Shown here: positions 1 through 13,164 of the stretch, piece after piece
Layout: every line of letters starts with the position of its first letter
Numbering within the stretch: the first letter of the stretch is position 1
From: Octopus bimaculoides
Taxonomy: Eukaryota
Assembly: GCF_001194135.2 (NCBI RefSeq)
Contig: NC_068989.1
Coordinates: 49,982,279 to 50,046,278, forward strand
Direction: 5' to 3'
Length of the DNA: 64,000 bases
Notes under the pieces: model-generated
What the model saw: only the letters and a program-made list of their open reading frames with translations
Databases searched by the model: none
Told to the model about the DNA's origin: nothing
Made by a program: the position numbers and the translations under genes

Positions 1-86
1 TATATATACATATATACATATACATATATATACATATATATATATATACATGTATATATATATATATATGTATGTATACATATATT

Positions 87-119
<33 letters not shown>

Positions 120-131
120 GTATGTATATAT

Positions 132-183
<52 letters not shown>

Positions 184-721
184 GGGGGGGGGTATGTATG
201 TATTTATCTATGCATGTATATATTTAAAAATTTTTTTAAAGGTAGTAGCGTACTAGATTAACGTAATGCTAAACAAAAGATATACAGATATATAAAAAAA
301 TGCTACTTTCCTGAGTACTTGTATCTTGATAGCGAATATACATACTAAAGTAGACAGATATGATGTTCTTCATGTAGATTCACATAAAAATAAAACTCAC
401 ACACATACATACAGGCGTAGGTGAACAGATAGCTGCAGATATACATACAAATATATGCAAAAGGAAAAAGTTTATATTTATGTTCGTAATATATGTATAA
501 ATATTTTTTTCTGTCTGGTGCCTCTCTTTCTCAGTATACATACATACATGCATATATACATATATATATATATACATGAATATATATACATTTATACATA
601 TACATAGGCATAAATATACATTTTTTATCACACATTCATACGCGCACATACACGTATCAAAAGGATACTGTTTCAGTTTTTCATATACATAGCATATGCA
701 TGTATGAATACACTTTTATAG

Positions 722-755
<34 letters not shown>

Positions 756-2461
756 AGATAGATAGATTGATAGATAGATAGATAGATTGATAGATAGATA
801 GATAGGTACATAAATATTTCATTTCCAATTTATCAGTATACTCACAAAACACACGCAGAACAACACATGCACGTAGCGCGCGCACACACACACACACACA
901 CATACATACACACAAGTACATGCATAAATTCCCAATACTGGACGAGACAGCTTGCGGAAAATTTCCATTTAGTCTTTTGTTGGTTTCAGCCATTCTGTGT
1001 GTGTCTAAAGTGTGCAAAGTTATCCATGACCATTTTCTGTCTGTCTGTCGTATGGAAGCTTTACATACCACACAATACTGATGCTTAGAAGCTTTTATTG
1101 AGGTAGAGGTTCAAATTCTTTTGTTTACGTCATGAATGAAATTTTGATTTGTCCATCCACTGAAATCAACAGCCTCCGAAATCCGCTTATTATAATGGAA
1201 GCGTATCAGCGTTCAAGCGTTTAAGAAGATCAAATGTTACCGAGGAAAAGGAGAAGTGACAATTTCGGAAAGGTTGTCGCCCAGTATATGAATATCTGAT
1301 AAACACCTCGTTTGGTTTTAGCGTAGTGTTTCTCGAAGTGGGCGGTAGAAAATGTCAAAAGTGTCGGTAGAGGTTCGATATCTGCATCGTAATTTGTTTT
1401 AGATTTTGTTATCATTTTTTATACTAATTAACTTTTTTTTTTAATGTTATACATTATGCTTGTTAGTCATAATCTCAATGATGACATTAATAAGAAAAAG
1501 ACATCAACGATAATAAATTTGAATTAATAAACAGACAAACCTGAACATATTCCATCTCTGCTTGTAAATTATAAATAATGAACTGAAATACAATTTGAAA
1601 TATATTTTGTGTGTGTTTCAGTATATGCGATATAGACGGACAATGCACCCATATCTTTTGTTAATGTTCCTACTTGCAACATACATACATATGTATGTGT
1701 ATAAGTTTGAACATTACTGATTCTAGCTACGAGTGCCATCCGTTAATGCCATAACTTATCTACTTAAGTAAATAGACGTGAGTAAAGTTGCTCATAGGCA
1801 GAGAAATCAATATGTGTGAGCATATATTGGGAACATATAGAAAATATAAATATAAATCAGAATATAAAAGTAAATTGCAAATGATAGTTACGGTGGTTTA
1901 TATGAAGCACAAAGAATATGCTCCAGAGTTTCGACAAAGGCACGTGCTACATTTTGTGTCAATACTTAAGATCAAGAGGAGATATGTCAAATATCCGCTT
2001 ATAGTAGGACAGTTTTATGGTAAGCATTCGCGCTCCTGAAACTTGAATCCGGAACTGTATTACCTCGACTTGATATTACGTGTATGTGCTTTCAAAAATA
2101 GGAACATTGAAACGAAGTAAGTGAGCACTGAAATAATGCTAGTAAAAGATAAAAGGTAATAGTTGAAAAAAATTTGATATGTACTAAATTTTTGGCAATA
2201 ACTGAAAAATGAAAAAGTTATTGCCCTTTACCTTCGAACATTTCTTAAGAATTTCTATTTGCATGTTTTTCTCGTACTTTTTCACTGAGTCCCCATGTTA
2301 TTTGAAGCTGCATACAAGCCCATCTTATTACTCTACACTAGCATGAAACTTGAAATAGCTCACGTACAACTCATGTATTCATTTAAGAATATTTATTTTT
2401 CTCTAGATCGAGAACCTTTTTTGCAAAAGCAAGCAGTACCATATGGATATATATATATATA

Positions 2462-3150
2462 CAGGGTGCGCGAGGTAAATTGTCTGCATCTTATATTTTT
2501 TATTTCGCGCATGCACATTGTTTGGTTTTGATTTTGTGGACAACATAGTATAGTAGGATCAGTTGGACACCGTTTGTGAGAACGACAGCACCATTACGCA
2601 ATTCACTCCGCCAGAAATTTGGAAACAACATGCTGTACTGCTTGGCATTCGCACCGGAAGCTCCCATACAAATATTTCAAAGTGTTTGAGTGTCAGTTTG
2701 CGGACAGTACAATATAAGGACATGTACCGAGAGTGGTAAAAATCAAACATCCAATCAACATCATGGGGTTTGGAGTGATCACTAGTGATGTCGACGTTAT
2801 GTCTCCAGTCATCTTCCCACACGGCCTCAGACTCAACACGGAGCCCTATATCAAGTGCCTGGAGGAGGTAGTGCTGTCCTGGGTCAGGAGGATGGCTGTT
2901 GCAAGACCTTGCCTGATAACAGGATGTGTACCATGCCACACAAGCAGGTGAACCCAGTCATCGCTATCAAACAATTTGTGCGACCACATCACCCTTAACA
3001 TCTGGCCACCTAACTCCCCAGACTGCAACACCCTTGATTATTATGTGCGAGGCGCAGTTGAGCAAGAGACCAACAAAACTCCTTGTAACACCAAAAATGA
3101 ACTAAAGGCGGCAAAGATTTTGGCAACATTGACCAACTTAAACAAGGAGA
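2462..3150 (+). mobile_element. Internally deleted Tc1/mariner-superfamily transposon, DD37D (maT-like) transposase pseudogene
   Basis: Starts TA|CAGGGTG. An N-terminal HTH-like piece (EIWKQHAVLLGIRTGSSHTNISKCLSVSLRTVQ, ~2610-2715) is joined to the catalytic C-terminus QD-(frameshift)-VPCHTSR*TQS..CDHITLNIWPPNSPDCNTLDY. Allowing for the frameshift, I count 37 residues between the last two Asp. Stops and frameshifts are present. Confidence 0.85.
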
Positions 3151-3404
3151 TCGTCAAATTAAAGGGAATATTTCTTTTGATATGTTTCTAGTCGCATAAG
3201 CTAAACAGGAGATATTTCATCGAGTCTGTTGGTTTATGATACGTGTCAGTTATAATTTGGCTGTTGACTTGTTTTTATCATAATATTCAAAAAAAGGGAG
3301 CTGTTCTTTGCTATATTCCATTGTGTATCGAATGTTACGGTTCATGCTATTTAGTATTAATTTGAATTCCAAAAGTTTATTAATGGTCTCCTTCTAAGTG
3401 GCAC

Positions 3405-4140
3405 TGAATAGATATACGTGGAGACACAACTAGGTCCTTAAGGTTGTCGTCAAGGCTATAAAGAACCAAATTGCTCTCATCAACAGTGGAAAATAGCATT
3501 GAAAGAACCAACCAGAGGTTTCATTACCTTCGTGCGCTCAGGAAAGCAGATCCGTTTCACGAAGAATAAACTTCCCGTGAGCAATGAAAAGTGAAACGCA
3601 TACTGAGAGGTGGCTGCAGATTTACCAGGGTGCCAAGGATTCTTTCCAATCCTAGTTATGAAAAAAAAAAAAAGGAAATTATAATGCGGTGTGAAAGAAA
3701 GAAAGTGGTTTATCTAGTCGAGTTAAAGGTTCCTCATGGAGATAACATGAACGCCGCTCGGGCTCGTAATATTGACCGTTATGTAAACCTCCTCGAGGAA
3801 TGTGAAGACGCAGGCTGGAAAGCGGAGCATTTTCCAATCGAAGTCGGATGTACAGGATTCTTTGGACACAGTGGGGGCGACCGCTGTCATCGTTAGGCCT
3901 AACTCATCGTAAAGTAAATATTACCATGAATGATATCCAAACTACAGTGGGAAAGTCTAGCTGAATTTCGTTAAAAAGAGACGATGAGGGATGGCTAGAA
4001 GAATATTGAGCTTTATTTGATAATCAGTTGATCTAGTAAGTGTGAGAGGCCGGTGCACAACGATGCCATCGGGAGGTAGGCCCCGAAACGGCGCGCATTC
4101 TTTCCTGATGACCCCATACACTTGATGGCTTCTGGTATGC
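3405..4140 (+). mobile_element. 3' fragment of an RLE-endonuclease non-LTR retrotransposon (HERO-like)
   Basis: RYTWRHN*VLKVV, then VYLVELKVPHGDNMNAARARNIDRYVNLLEECEDAGWKAEHFPIEVGCTGF (PD-D/ExK-type domain), then LGLTHRK..IQTTVGKSS*ISLKRDDEGWLEE. This matches the remembered HERO-clade C-terminus. Degraded. Confidence 0.75.
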
Positions 4141-4222
4141 GGAGCTTTTGACTGGTAGCACTTGCATATGCAAGTTGTTTGCAAAACATACATATATATG
4201 ATTGCTGTACTATGTCTTTTGT

Positions 4223-4605
4223 GGAGGCGCAATGGCCCAATGGTTAGGACAGCGGACTCGCGGTCATAGGATCGCGGTTTCGATTCCCAGACCGGGCGTT
4301 GTGAGTGTTTACTGAGCGAAAACACCTAAAGCGCCACGAGGCTCCGGCAGGGGATGGTGGCGAACCCTGCTGTACTCTTTCACCACAACTTTCTCTTACT
4401 TCCTGTTTCTGTTGTGCCTGTAATTCAAAGGGTCAGCCTTGTCACACTGTGTCACGCTGAATATCTCCGTGAACTACGTTAAGGGTATATGTGCCTGTGG
4501 AGTGCTCAGCCACTTGCACGCTAATTTCACGAGCAGGCTGTTCCGTTGATCGGATCAACTGGAACCCTCGACGTCGTAAGCGACGGAGTGCCAACAACAA
4601 CAACA
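4223..4605 (+). mobile_element. Full-length tRNA-derived SINE (tRNA-Arg-like head) with TSD
   Basis: A-box TGGCCCAATGG, B-box-like GGTTTCGATTCCC, (CAA)n tail. TSD ATGTCTTTTRT at 4212-4222 and 4606-4616. The 3' half is shared with the SINE at 50724-51030. Confidence 0.9.
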
Positions 4606-6124
4606 ATGTCTTTTATGAAGGTATTTGTTAACTACGGAGCAATTATTTCCGCTTAGTCATTTTAACTTGGCAGGCTGCATCGTAAGGTTAGTTTTTCAGT
4701 TTTGTAGCTAGCAGTATTTGCAGATAATGATATCTATATAAAATTCGGTATTGCAGAAAATAATTTCAAATAATTGCTTTTTGTTAAAAAAAATTTTTAG
4801 CGGAAGAATTTCGTAGCATAAAAAATTTTGAGACGACTGGTGTTATTATTCTGAAGTTATATGGAAGGTTACACCATGTTATATTTAAATAATTCATTTT
4901 TACTGCGGTTAGAGAAAGTATTGAAATAATTTACGTTAAATTTGATAATAACTATAAAATGGTTAAGTGATTTGTTTACGTAATTTCGTTTTCCATTCAA
5001 TTTTTCCGATTAAGTAATATATAGAGAGGTGACTGTTAAGGTTTAATGCAAGATCATGAAAATTCACGTTTATAAGATTAGCACATATAGTTACTGAAAG
5101 ACCACAGCTTTTGAAAAAGTGAAGTCTTTCCTTTGTCTGACCTGTTTTTGGCAAATGAGACCACCCACTCAGTATAAAACTTCGCTCATATAAAACATCT
5201 AATGTATTGATGATGACAATGATGCCGGTGTATATATATATATATATATATAGATGTGTGTGTGTGTATGTATATATATATATATGCATACACACATACA
5301 CACATATATATATATATATATCTACAATACACACACCTACATACAGAAGGACAGACAGACACGCGGGCACACACATACACACACATATATCAAACACCAC
5401 ACCCCTACACCCCCACACATATATAAACATATTAGATCACTAACGTCTGCACACATCAAAAGCTGTCTTTGATAGATTTTTGGTCCATAAATATTGATTA
5501 TAGCTCATAATTTCTTCTTCACATGTAATATAATTTCCACGTCTTGGTCCGATATGTTAGTTAATGATTTTAATATATTGAAGCGTAAATTAATAGTGGT
5601 TTTGTTATAGACGGGTAATTTTCTTTAATAGCCAATTGTAATAATGTTATTCCTTTTGTTTTAGCCAAATTGAAACCAAGTGATGGGTGTGCTAAAATAG
5701 TAGTGGCGTTTTCTCCTTTAATTTTTGAATAGTTTTCTATAAAAGGAATTTACTAGAATCGAGTAATTGTATAGGAGTTTTATTTTCGAAATTCCCATGG
5801 TGGTCCTTGAGATTGAAGTAGGTTGTTTTGGTGTGAAAGCTCAGTTATGTCTTCCATTGTAATAGCAGCTTTCATTGTGTTCTATTGCATAGTATATGTA
5901 GTAAATTTATTACTTCATTTTCTTCCGTATATGTTCGCTTTCTCTATGGATTCATACCTAAGATAAGTATATATATATAATATGTTATTGTTTTGTTTTG
6001 TCTAATAACATATAGGAGTTTGCTGCAATTTAGATCTTGTGATATTTGACGTTAAGCGTTCTTTGAAAATTGCTTGCTTACTTTTTCTGTATTTTATGCT
6101 TTTGATTTGCGTAACCTAACAGAA

Positions 6125-6545
6125 AGAAGGGGCAAATAGAGGTCTTGAACTGGGTAACAAATGTCCCAACAGTCAAAATGGAAAAGACGTTGGCCTGGAG
6201 GATGGCAGAGGAGATGCACTGGAACAGCCACTCTAACTCATGGGTCCCGCAATTGTGGATAGCCATCTATGCACCGATGCAGTGAGCAGAGAGATAGTCC
6301 GAGGGCCGAGAACGGTGGAGGTCTCCACTGCTACAGGCTCCACCATAAAGTTGTCAGAGAGCGGTCAAACAATTGACAATTTGCCATTCTCGGCCTTACG
6401 AGCAGCGGAACCTGAGTTGGGAGTTGAACACACCAATTTGCCGCTGGCTAAGGTGTCACAACATGTGGCATGCCACATGAGGAAACTACCACCACTGGAC
6501 GGGAAAAACATCGGAAGAAATTTTACCCGACTGTCTATGAGACAC
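6125..6545 (-). mobile_element. 3' RLE-domain fragment of a CRE-like non-LTR retrotransposon
   Basis: The minus strand, with frameshifts, reads FPSSGGSFLMWHATCCDTLA..NSGSAARKAENGKLS..SDNFMVEPVAVETSTVLGP...ELEWLFQCISSAILQANVFSIL. This matches the CRE-clade WDATC.DT.A / AA..AE..K / P.AVET.G..G / L.Q..S.A.Q.GNA pattern. Confidence 0.8.
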
Positions 6546-7329
6546 TCTCACGAATTTGCTATTTCACTACGTTTTGTATATGGCTGTATACATAAACGTC
6601 TCGTATATGAGTATTTACTGATGAGATAATTTCACATTTGCTATGTGGGATCTTAATATATGGATCATATTCATGTATTCACCTAACCGTGATATTTAAT
6701 TAGAATGTAAAAAAATAAGTTTATTTGAAATAAACAGTTATCCTAATCCATTGTATCTAATTCGTGTAAGCCTATTTGTACTTAGCACTGCCTGATTAGT
6801 GTGTTTATATTTCCATGGCTTTTCCCGGACCAATGCGAACGCACAAGCAGAACCTTATTAGATGCAATTAGACTTACATTGAATTATTTAAGGTAAGAAA
6901 AGAATCACTGAACAAGTATTTTGCAGTTGTCACTTGCTTCTATACATTTGGCATGTTCTGCAGCTAATGAGGACTATCCTGATTGCTTTATACAATTTCC
7001 GAGATAGTGTATAGTAGGATCGCTTCCACCAGAATTATTAAGATTGTTGCAGGTTATATTGCAAATATCAAACTAGTAAAGAAAATTATTAGCTGATTAA
7101 ATAACTTAGTTTTCTGTAATGTAAAATAATGGGCAGGATGAATATAGCCATTGTCAATCATTAGGTAACGAATTGGCATAGTAAATAGGCCGTCGGTTAT
7201 ATTTCCTTGTGGTATTAGTTCCGGCTCCCTGCGATCTCAGTTCAAATATTGCCAACATCCTTTCATCCTTTCGGGGTCAATACAGTACGAATTTCTAATG
7301 GTCACTCCGTATGTTGGAAATATCAGCCT

Positions 7330-7770
7330 AAAGATCTTCAAATGATGCCTAACAGAATAAAAATTAATGAGGTGCTCGAAAGAAAATTTAATTGTGGGAA
7401 TATTATCGAAACAAAGAATACACAGGCTGTACCAGTATTAAAGTACTTTTGCTCTTCTTCTGGAGTGGACAAGGTCAGAGCTACAGGAATTAGATAAAAG
7501 AATTAGGAAGCTCCACACCTCCCTGAAGGTTATCGACAGGCTGTTACTACCATGAATAGAAGGAGTCAGAGAGTAGTTAAACGCGAAAGAAAATATTAGT
7601 ACTGCAATATTAAGTTTAAAAATCTATGCTATAGGTAGTGAAGGAAAAATACTATCGGTTGCTTGAAATATTGAAAAAGGCTACTGAAAATATTGGAGAA
7701 TTCAAAAATAGAAACAAGAGCAACAGGAGAAGTAGCTGGAAAGAGAAGCAAATACATGTCTCTCACTCTA
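7330..7770 (+). mobile_element. R4/Dong-like non-LTR RT thumb-region fragment
   Basis: KFNCGNIIETKNTQAVPVLKY..LEWTRSELQELDKRIRKL..DRLLLP, resembling LNxGNxIKAINTxAVPVLxY..W..ELxELDRKTRKL. Heavily decayed. Confidence 0.7.
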
Positions 7771-7899
7771 AAGAATTTATGATGACTAGAACTATGTAAA
7801 TTATTTGGGTGCTTCAATGATTTCGTGTTATTTTGTGAAAAAATCATTTTGTATTGTAATATAGTTGTCTAGAATTTTTTTAAATTCGTTTGTTTAAGA

Positions 7900-8330
7900 T
7901 GACATTTGGAACAAAGAACTTCTGCGATTGAATATTTGTTGTTTAAGCTTTCAATACTTTCTCCTTTAACTCTGCTATTTGAATCTGTCTGTCTTGTCTA
8001 TCAGCAGCTGCCTGTTAGGTCCAGCGAGTCATTCTAGATCATTGTGGTTACAATTCCCGAGGGGGGATCATTGAGATGTTTTCATTGATAAAACTGTATT
8101 TGTTTTCTGCTGCAGCGATTTGGTATGGTGTCAAAGTTAATCTAATTTTATTTGTATGTCTCACTTAACCTTGTTTTTTTAATCTTTTTTTTTCTACACT
8201 TTGCTGTAATCTCTTGACTGTGTATCTGTCGAATTAAATTCCTATTCAATATTTCAGGAATTTTAGATGAATTTACTAGCACTGGCTAACCCGTTCATGT
8301 TTAAAATTGTACACTCTTGAGGATAGTTAC
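7900..8330 (-). mobile_element. Possible very old L1-like APE endonuclease N-terminal fragment
   Basis: The minus strand gives TILNMNGLAS..IHSQEIT..SGIV, weakly resembling T.NVNGL / LQETH / GVAIL. Confidence 0.3.
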
Positions 8331-9369
8331 TTCTGAGCAGTTTTCACGACTGAATTATAATTCCATCGTTTGTTGAATATATACTTTTGCCGGGTAGTAT
8401 GCAAGTGATACCTTTAAATATAGTTCCTTGCTTTCTTGTTAATTTTTGTTTTATTCAATAGCCAGAAATTCCAGACGCATTTTTTTCGGATTGATGCTTT
8501 TTGAGTAAAGACCATATTGTTCATTGATTTTATGTTAAGACTGTTTGTCAGAGTTATATTCAAACTTCGCTTGGCACCTATAACTTTTGATCGAATAAGT
8601 CACTTTTACTATAATTCGTTTTGCTGTGCATGATTTATACACAGCACTGGTCAGGTGTTTATAGTTTTCAGCAATTCTATACTTTTCTGACAGTGACCAT
8701 TTGGTGCAATAATAGATAACATGCGATTTGTGTTTTAACTATACAAGACTGGATCATTCTAGTCTAAAATGAAGCCCCCCCTACCCAAAAGAAGAAAGAA
8801 AATAATAATAAAGATAAATAAAATAATGAAATGAAACTGATAATTGCATTGGGGCAATAGAAATAGAAATATAATAATATACTGTTCCCACCATTTTCTC
8901 AGAACTTCCTGAGACAATATCTCGAGAGTTTCTTTATATTGGAAGCCACACGGAAAGTAGACAAAGTTTAAACTTTTAAATTATATGTTTCAGGAATGTG
9001 AAGTTCAACTTTTTGGAAGGACTGAAGACAAAGAAAGACGAAAAATGATGACATTATGTGTTTAGGATATATAAGAGAATGAAACATGGAATTAATAACA
9101 ATCTTTTAATTTACATATTGAATTTATATAATGAAGCTAATTATGACGTGGCCTTTAATTTGTACCACCACCTCTGTACTTGAGCACGCTTTCAGAGTAA
9201 AGTACAGTTGTGCAAGATACTGGTTCTATTTTTGGCACGAGTCTAGCAATTTTGGAGCAAGGCGTATGTCGATTACATCAGCACCAGTAATCAACTGGTA
9301 TTTATTTTATTGATACCGAAATGATGAAAGGCAAATTCAACCTCGGTAGAATCGCAGTTGTGCAAGATA

Positions 9370-10210
9370 TGAAGAACCGGAAATGGCCTTGAATTTTTTG
9401 TAGATTAATGATACAAGATCGAAAGCCTGATTGCTCCATTTGTTATTCTAAGAATCACTTCAGAGCACATGCCCACAATTTCTTTTCATACCCCTTTTCC
9501 TCTTCTGATAAGATTTCTCCAGAATGCTACACAATTCATCATCCATGAAGACAGTTAATAATTACCATAGTTATGGTAAGCACGTAATAGGTTTATAAGT
9601 ACTCATTTTCTATCTCAATTCTTTATCCTCTGATAGCACTGGATCCCCTTTGTCATTCATATTGGTATTTCATTTTCTATAGTCAGTAAGAAACAGTTGT
9701 ATGTAGTTGTGAATAGTTATGAGCCCTTAAAGTCAAATCTCTGACATTTATGTGGTCTAGGGGCTTCCAAATTTGTTATTAAGTATTCTTCCACTTTCTC
9801 ATTTGTAACGTTTATATTCTCTTATTTTGGCATATTTTTGTATTTTACTTCACGTTTCAATTTTCGTACACAGTTCACTTATTTGTTATGTTGAACTTCT
9901 TTGAACCAAATATCTGTCCAAAAGTTCCATGCTGCATCATCTTGGGCATATCATTCCTCCCCGATATTCCTTCTCATTCTTCAGCTGTTTCCTTTCAATG
10001 TTTCGGAAGTATCCGTTCTACTAATACCGGTTTAATTTTTGTTGGTGTTTTTCTTAACTACCCGTAACCCTCTTTATTTAACGCTGTTCTTCGCTTGAAG
10101 CAAGTTCAAGTGTATTTTTTCCTTCACCCACTTCTTTTAAATTATTGCATCTCTATGCAAATGTTCAACTTGATCCTCAAGTCTTCATTTCCCCCGCCGC
10201 GTCTTCGTCT
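9370..10210 (-). mobile_element. R4/Dong-like non-LTR fragment (pre-RT region and RT motifs 1-3)
   Basis: AWNFWTDIWFKEVQHNK..NINVTNEKVEE and STYKPITCLP*LW*LLT..LIYKK, matching FWxxIW..HN / NYRPITCLP / WIDYKKA. Confidence 0.75.
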
Positions 10211-10261
10211 CTCTTTATTTTTGTTTGACTTTTAACTCACCAAATTTCTACTGAAATAGCA

Positions 10262-10905
10262 GTTGTTTACATCTGCGTTCAAATTCTGAGTTCAAATTCC
10301 GCCTAAGTTGACTTTACCTTTCATCATTTTGGGTTCAATAAATGAAGTACTAGTGTTTCACTGGGGTCGCTGTAATCGACTAGTCCCTTCCCGCCAAATT
10401 TCAGGCTATGTACCTTTAGTAGAAAGGATTATTATCATTATTATACAAGGCGGCGATGTGGCAGAATCGTTAGCATGCCGGGCGAAATGCTTAGCAGTAT
10501 TTCGTCTGCCACTACGTTCTGAGTTCAAATTTCACCGAGGTTGACTTTACCTTTCATCTTTTCAGGATCGATTAAATAAGTACCAGCTACACACTGCGGT
10601 CACTGAAATCGACGTAATCCCCTCTCCCAAATTGGAGGCCTTGTGATTCCAGTATAAAGGATTATTATTATTATTATTATTATTATTAGGACAGCGAGCT
10701 GGCATAATCGCTAGCACGTCTTATAAAATGCTTAGCGGCATTTCCTTCGGCTCCTTACGTCGAGGTAGACTTTATTTTTCATCCTTACGGGGTCGATGAA
10801 GTAAATATCAGTTGAGCTCTGGGTTCAAAGTACTCGACGAGCCCTATCTCCCAAATGGCATGCCTTGTGGCTATAATAGAAAGAATTATTACTATTATGA
10901 TTATT
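10262..10905 (+). mobile_element. Head-to-tail array of three tRNA-derived SINEs (family with TTCTGAGTTCAAATTCCGCCGAGGTCGAC body and (ATT)n tail)
   Basis: Copies at ~10262-10445, 10446-10689 and 10690-10905, each ending GAAAGG/GAATTATT(ATT)n. The second and third carry the GGCGAGCTGGCAGAATCGTTAGCA-type head. Confidence 0.85.
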
Positions 10906-11689
10906 TACGTTACACCAGTGTTCTGATTTCTTACGTCACAAGATATGAAATTGGCATGCGCAAACACGCACTCATATTTAGCAAATGCTTTGATAAATAT
11001 GTTTAAACATTTACATTCCTTCGTATAGCCATTTTATGAAATCTCCCTATACTTGTATGTGACCTGTTGATAATTTGAAAGAAGCTATTATAATATTTTT
11101 CCAGTTGTAACATCTATAAATGAGATGACATACAAACTCCCTTTAAGACATAATGCTATCATTTCAATAGCTGTGTCAGTGTAATTATTTGGATCTTCAG
11201 TTAGTTTGTGCACGGCATCAGAGTCACAAAGGAATTCTATGTCAATTATTTAATTACTCTTGTCATGTTTGTAATAGAAAATGTTGCCAGAGTTCTTGCG
11301 TTTTAGCTACTGATTTGTCTACATGCTGCAGCTCTGTGGGATCTTCACACTGAAAATTTTTCTATGATAAAGAATTGAAACAGTTAGTCAGTTGAACCGT
11401 TATTATAATGGGGCTTGTGTAGGTATATCTATTCATAAACCGAAACTACCTCTCACATTCTCACTAAGTAACTTATACCTCATGTCGCTCCTAACATCAC
11501 TCAAATCTCTGAAGTAAGAAAGCAGTATTAATAGATACCCCGTACCACCTCTCATAACATCCTCCCCTTAAAAGAAATAAAACAGTGACTATAAAAGAGA
11601 GGGAAAGAGAGACAGACCAAGGGAGAGTGAGAAAATTGATTATTTGCAAACCGGAGTATCCCATCGCTGTCTAACAATATTTCTTTTCA

Positions 11690-11900
11690 ACCAGCTGGTA
11701 GAATCGTAAAGACGCCGGGCAAAATGCTTAGCGGCATTTCGTCCGTCTTTACATTCTGAGTTCAAATTCCGCCAAGGTCGACCTTACTTTTATCCTTCCG
11801 GGGTCGATAAAATAAGTATCAGTTCAGTATTGGGGTCTGTGTAATTGAATTACTCCTCAACCGAATTTACTGGCCTTGTGCCAAGATTTGAAACCAATTT
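11690..11900 (+). mobile_element. SINE, same family as the 10262-10905 array
   Basis: CTGGTAGAATCGTAAAGACGCCGGGCAAAATGCTTAGCGGCATTTCG..TTCTGAGTTCAAATTCCGCCAAGGTCGAC..GGGGTCGATAAAATAAG. Further decayed copies lie at ~7195-7290(+), 23690-23910(+), 25320-25500(-), 34988-35030(+) and 44660-44815(+). Confidence 0.85.
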
Positions 11901-13100
11901 TTTCCCTTCGATGTATTCCGGCTTGTTACTCGATTTTCCAAATTGGCGTCTGTCTTGATAGTAAAAGCAGTCAAATCTTGCAAAACTCACACTTTATCGT
12001 TTTAATAAACTTACTTAACCTAGTGATATTTTCATTTGCGTCTTTTTTTAATTAAACCTGTGTTGATATTCTTTGCGTTATGTGTTTTGTATAGTAGCTG
12101 CTATTTAATGATTGGGATATATTTCTGGGAGTTACATTCATTTATCCGTTCGAAGATATTATTTCCACTTTCTAGATATTTATCTTCACGATTTCCATTG
12201 CTAGAATTGCCAATTCTTAAATCATTTTCATATTGCCTTTTATCCATATTTCTGTTCCTGTTCTTTTAAGCTGTTTGTTGAACATTTTGTATGCTTCATT
12301 TTCTTATATATTTTAGATCTACTTTTATAATTTCTCTTCTTTCAATTAGTGGATGGCTTGTATTCATATCTTATGATTTCGCAATGAATTCGTTGACTTA
12401 CGTATTCTATTTCGATTTCTGATTTTGTGGTATTGGAGGCTGCGTTTTCAGAATTTTTCTTCTTATGTCTGGTGAGATCCAATGTACTGTTTTGATCCGC
12501 GTTACTTTCTATTTAAATTTTAATTGAGAATATTGTCGCCGGTTTGTTTTCAAGTAGAGTGTAGTCGTAAAATTTTCATAGTGGCGGGAAACGTATTTCT
12601 TTGCGGTACATTTACTTCCCTTTATTTTATTTGGAGTCAGACTTTTGTTTAGCTTGTTATCACTTTCATGCAGCACAATTTTTTTTTAGTGATTCTCAAT
12701 TTGGTTCCATTTTCCGTACTTCTAATTCACAAAGTGTACATTCTCCTTTTAATGTGTGGAATGTTATAGATTATATTTGTTTGACTTGATATTTTTTCAC
12801 TGAAATGGAATATTATTCTGTTGTTGATATGATGCATCTTTAGTTTAATTAAACCTGGTTTCCGAACGACGATCAATATGAACATTTGTAATATGAGGTA
12901 AAAATCAATATATTTTACAACATATTACGTACATAATTATCATTCAGCATTTTCATTTTAAGATTTAATACGTTATTATTTGTTAGTATTAAACAGTGTT
13001 AGTGGATATTGAATGATAATAGTTAAGTAATTAGTTAAGTAATGTTCTCTCTTGCTAAATGCACCCTCGCTTGGCATCCACTGAGAAACCTCGCATGGTA

Positions 13101-13102
<2 letters not shown>

Positions 13103-13164
<62 letters not shown>

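Noticed and set aside
4060-4135. CGAAAC ... CTGATGA pair in the HERO-like 3'UTR as a type II hammerhead
   Set aside because: The bases flanking the two boxes are both C-runs and cannot form stem II, and there is no NUH triplet in register.
6240-6629. 129-aa plus-strand ORF preceded by a TAACAG acceptor-like site
   Set aside because: It is the antisense shadow of the CRE-like RLE fragment; the frame has a stop at 6234 and no frame stays open across the putative exon.
11950-12780. Possible very old PLE N-terminal region on the minus strand (DKGN-like trace)
   Set aside because: The similarity is too fragmentary to support without a profile search.
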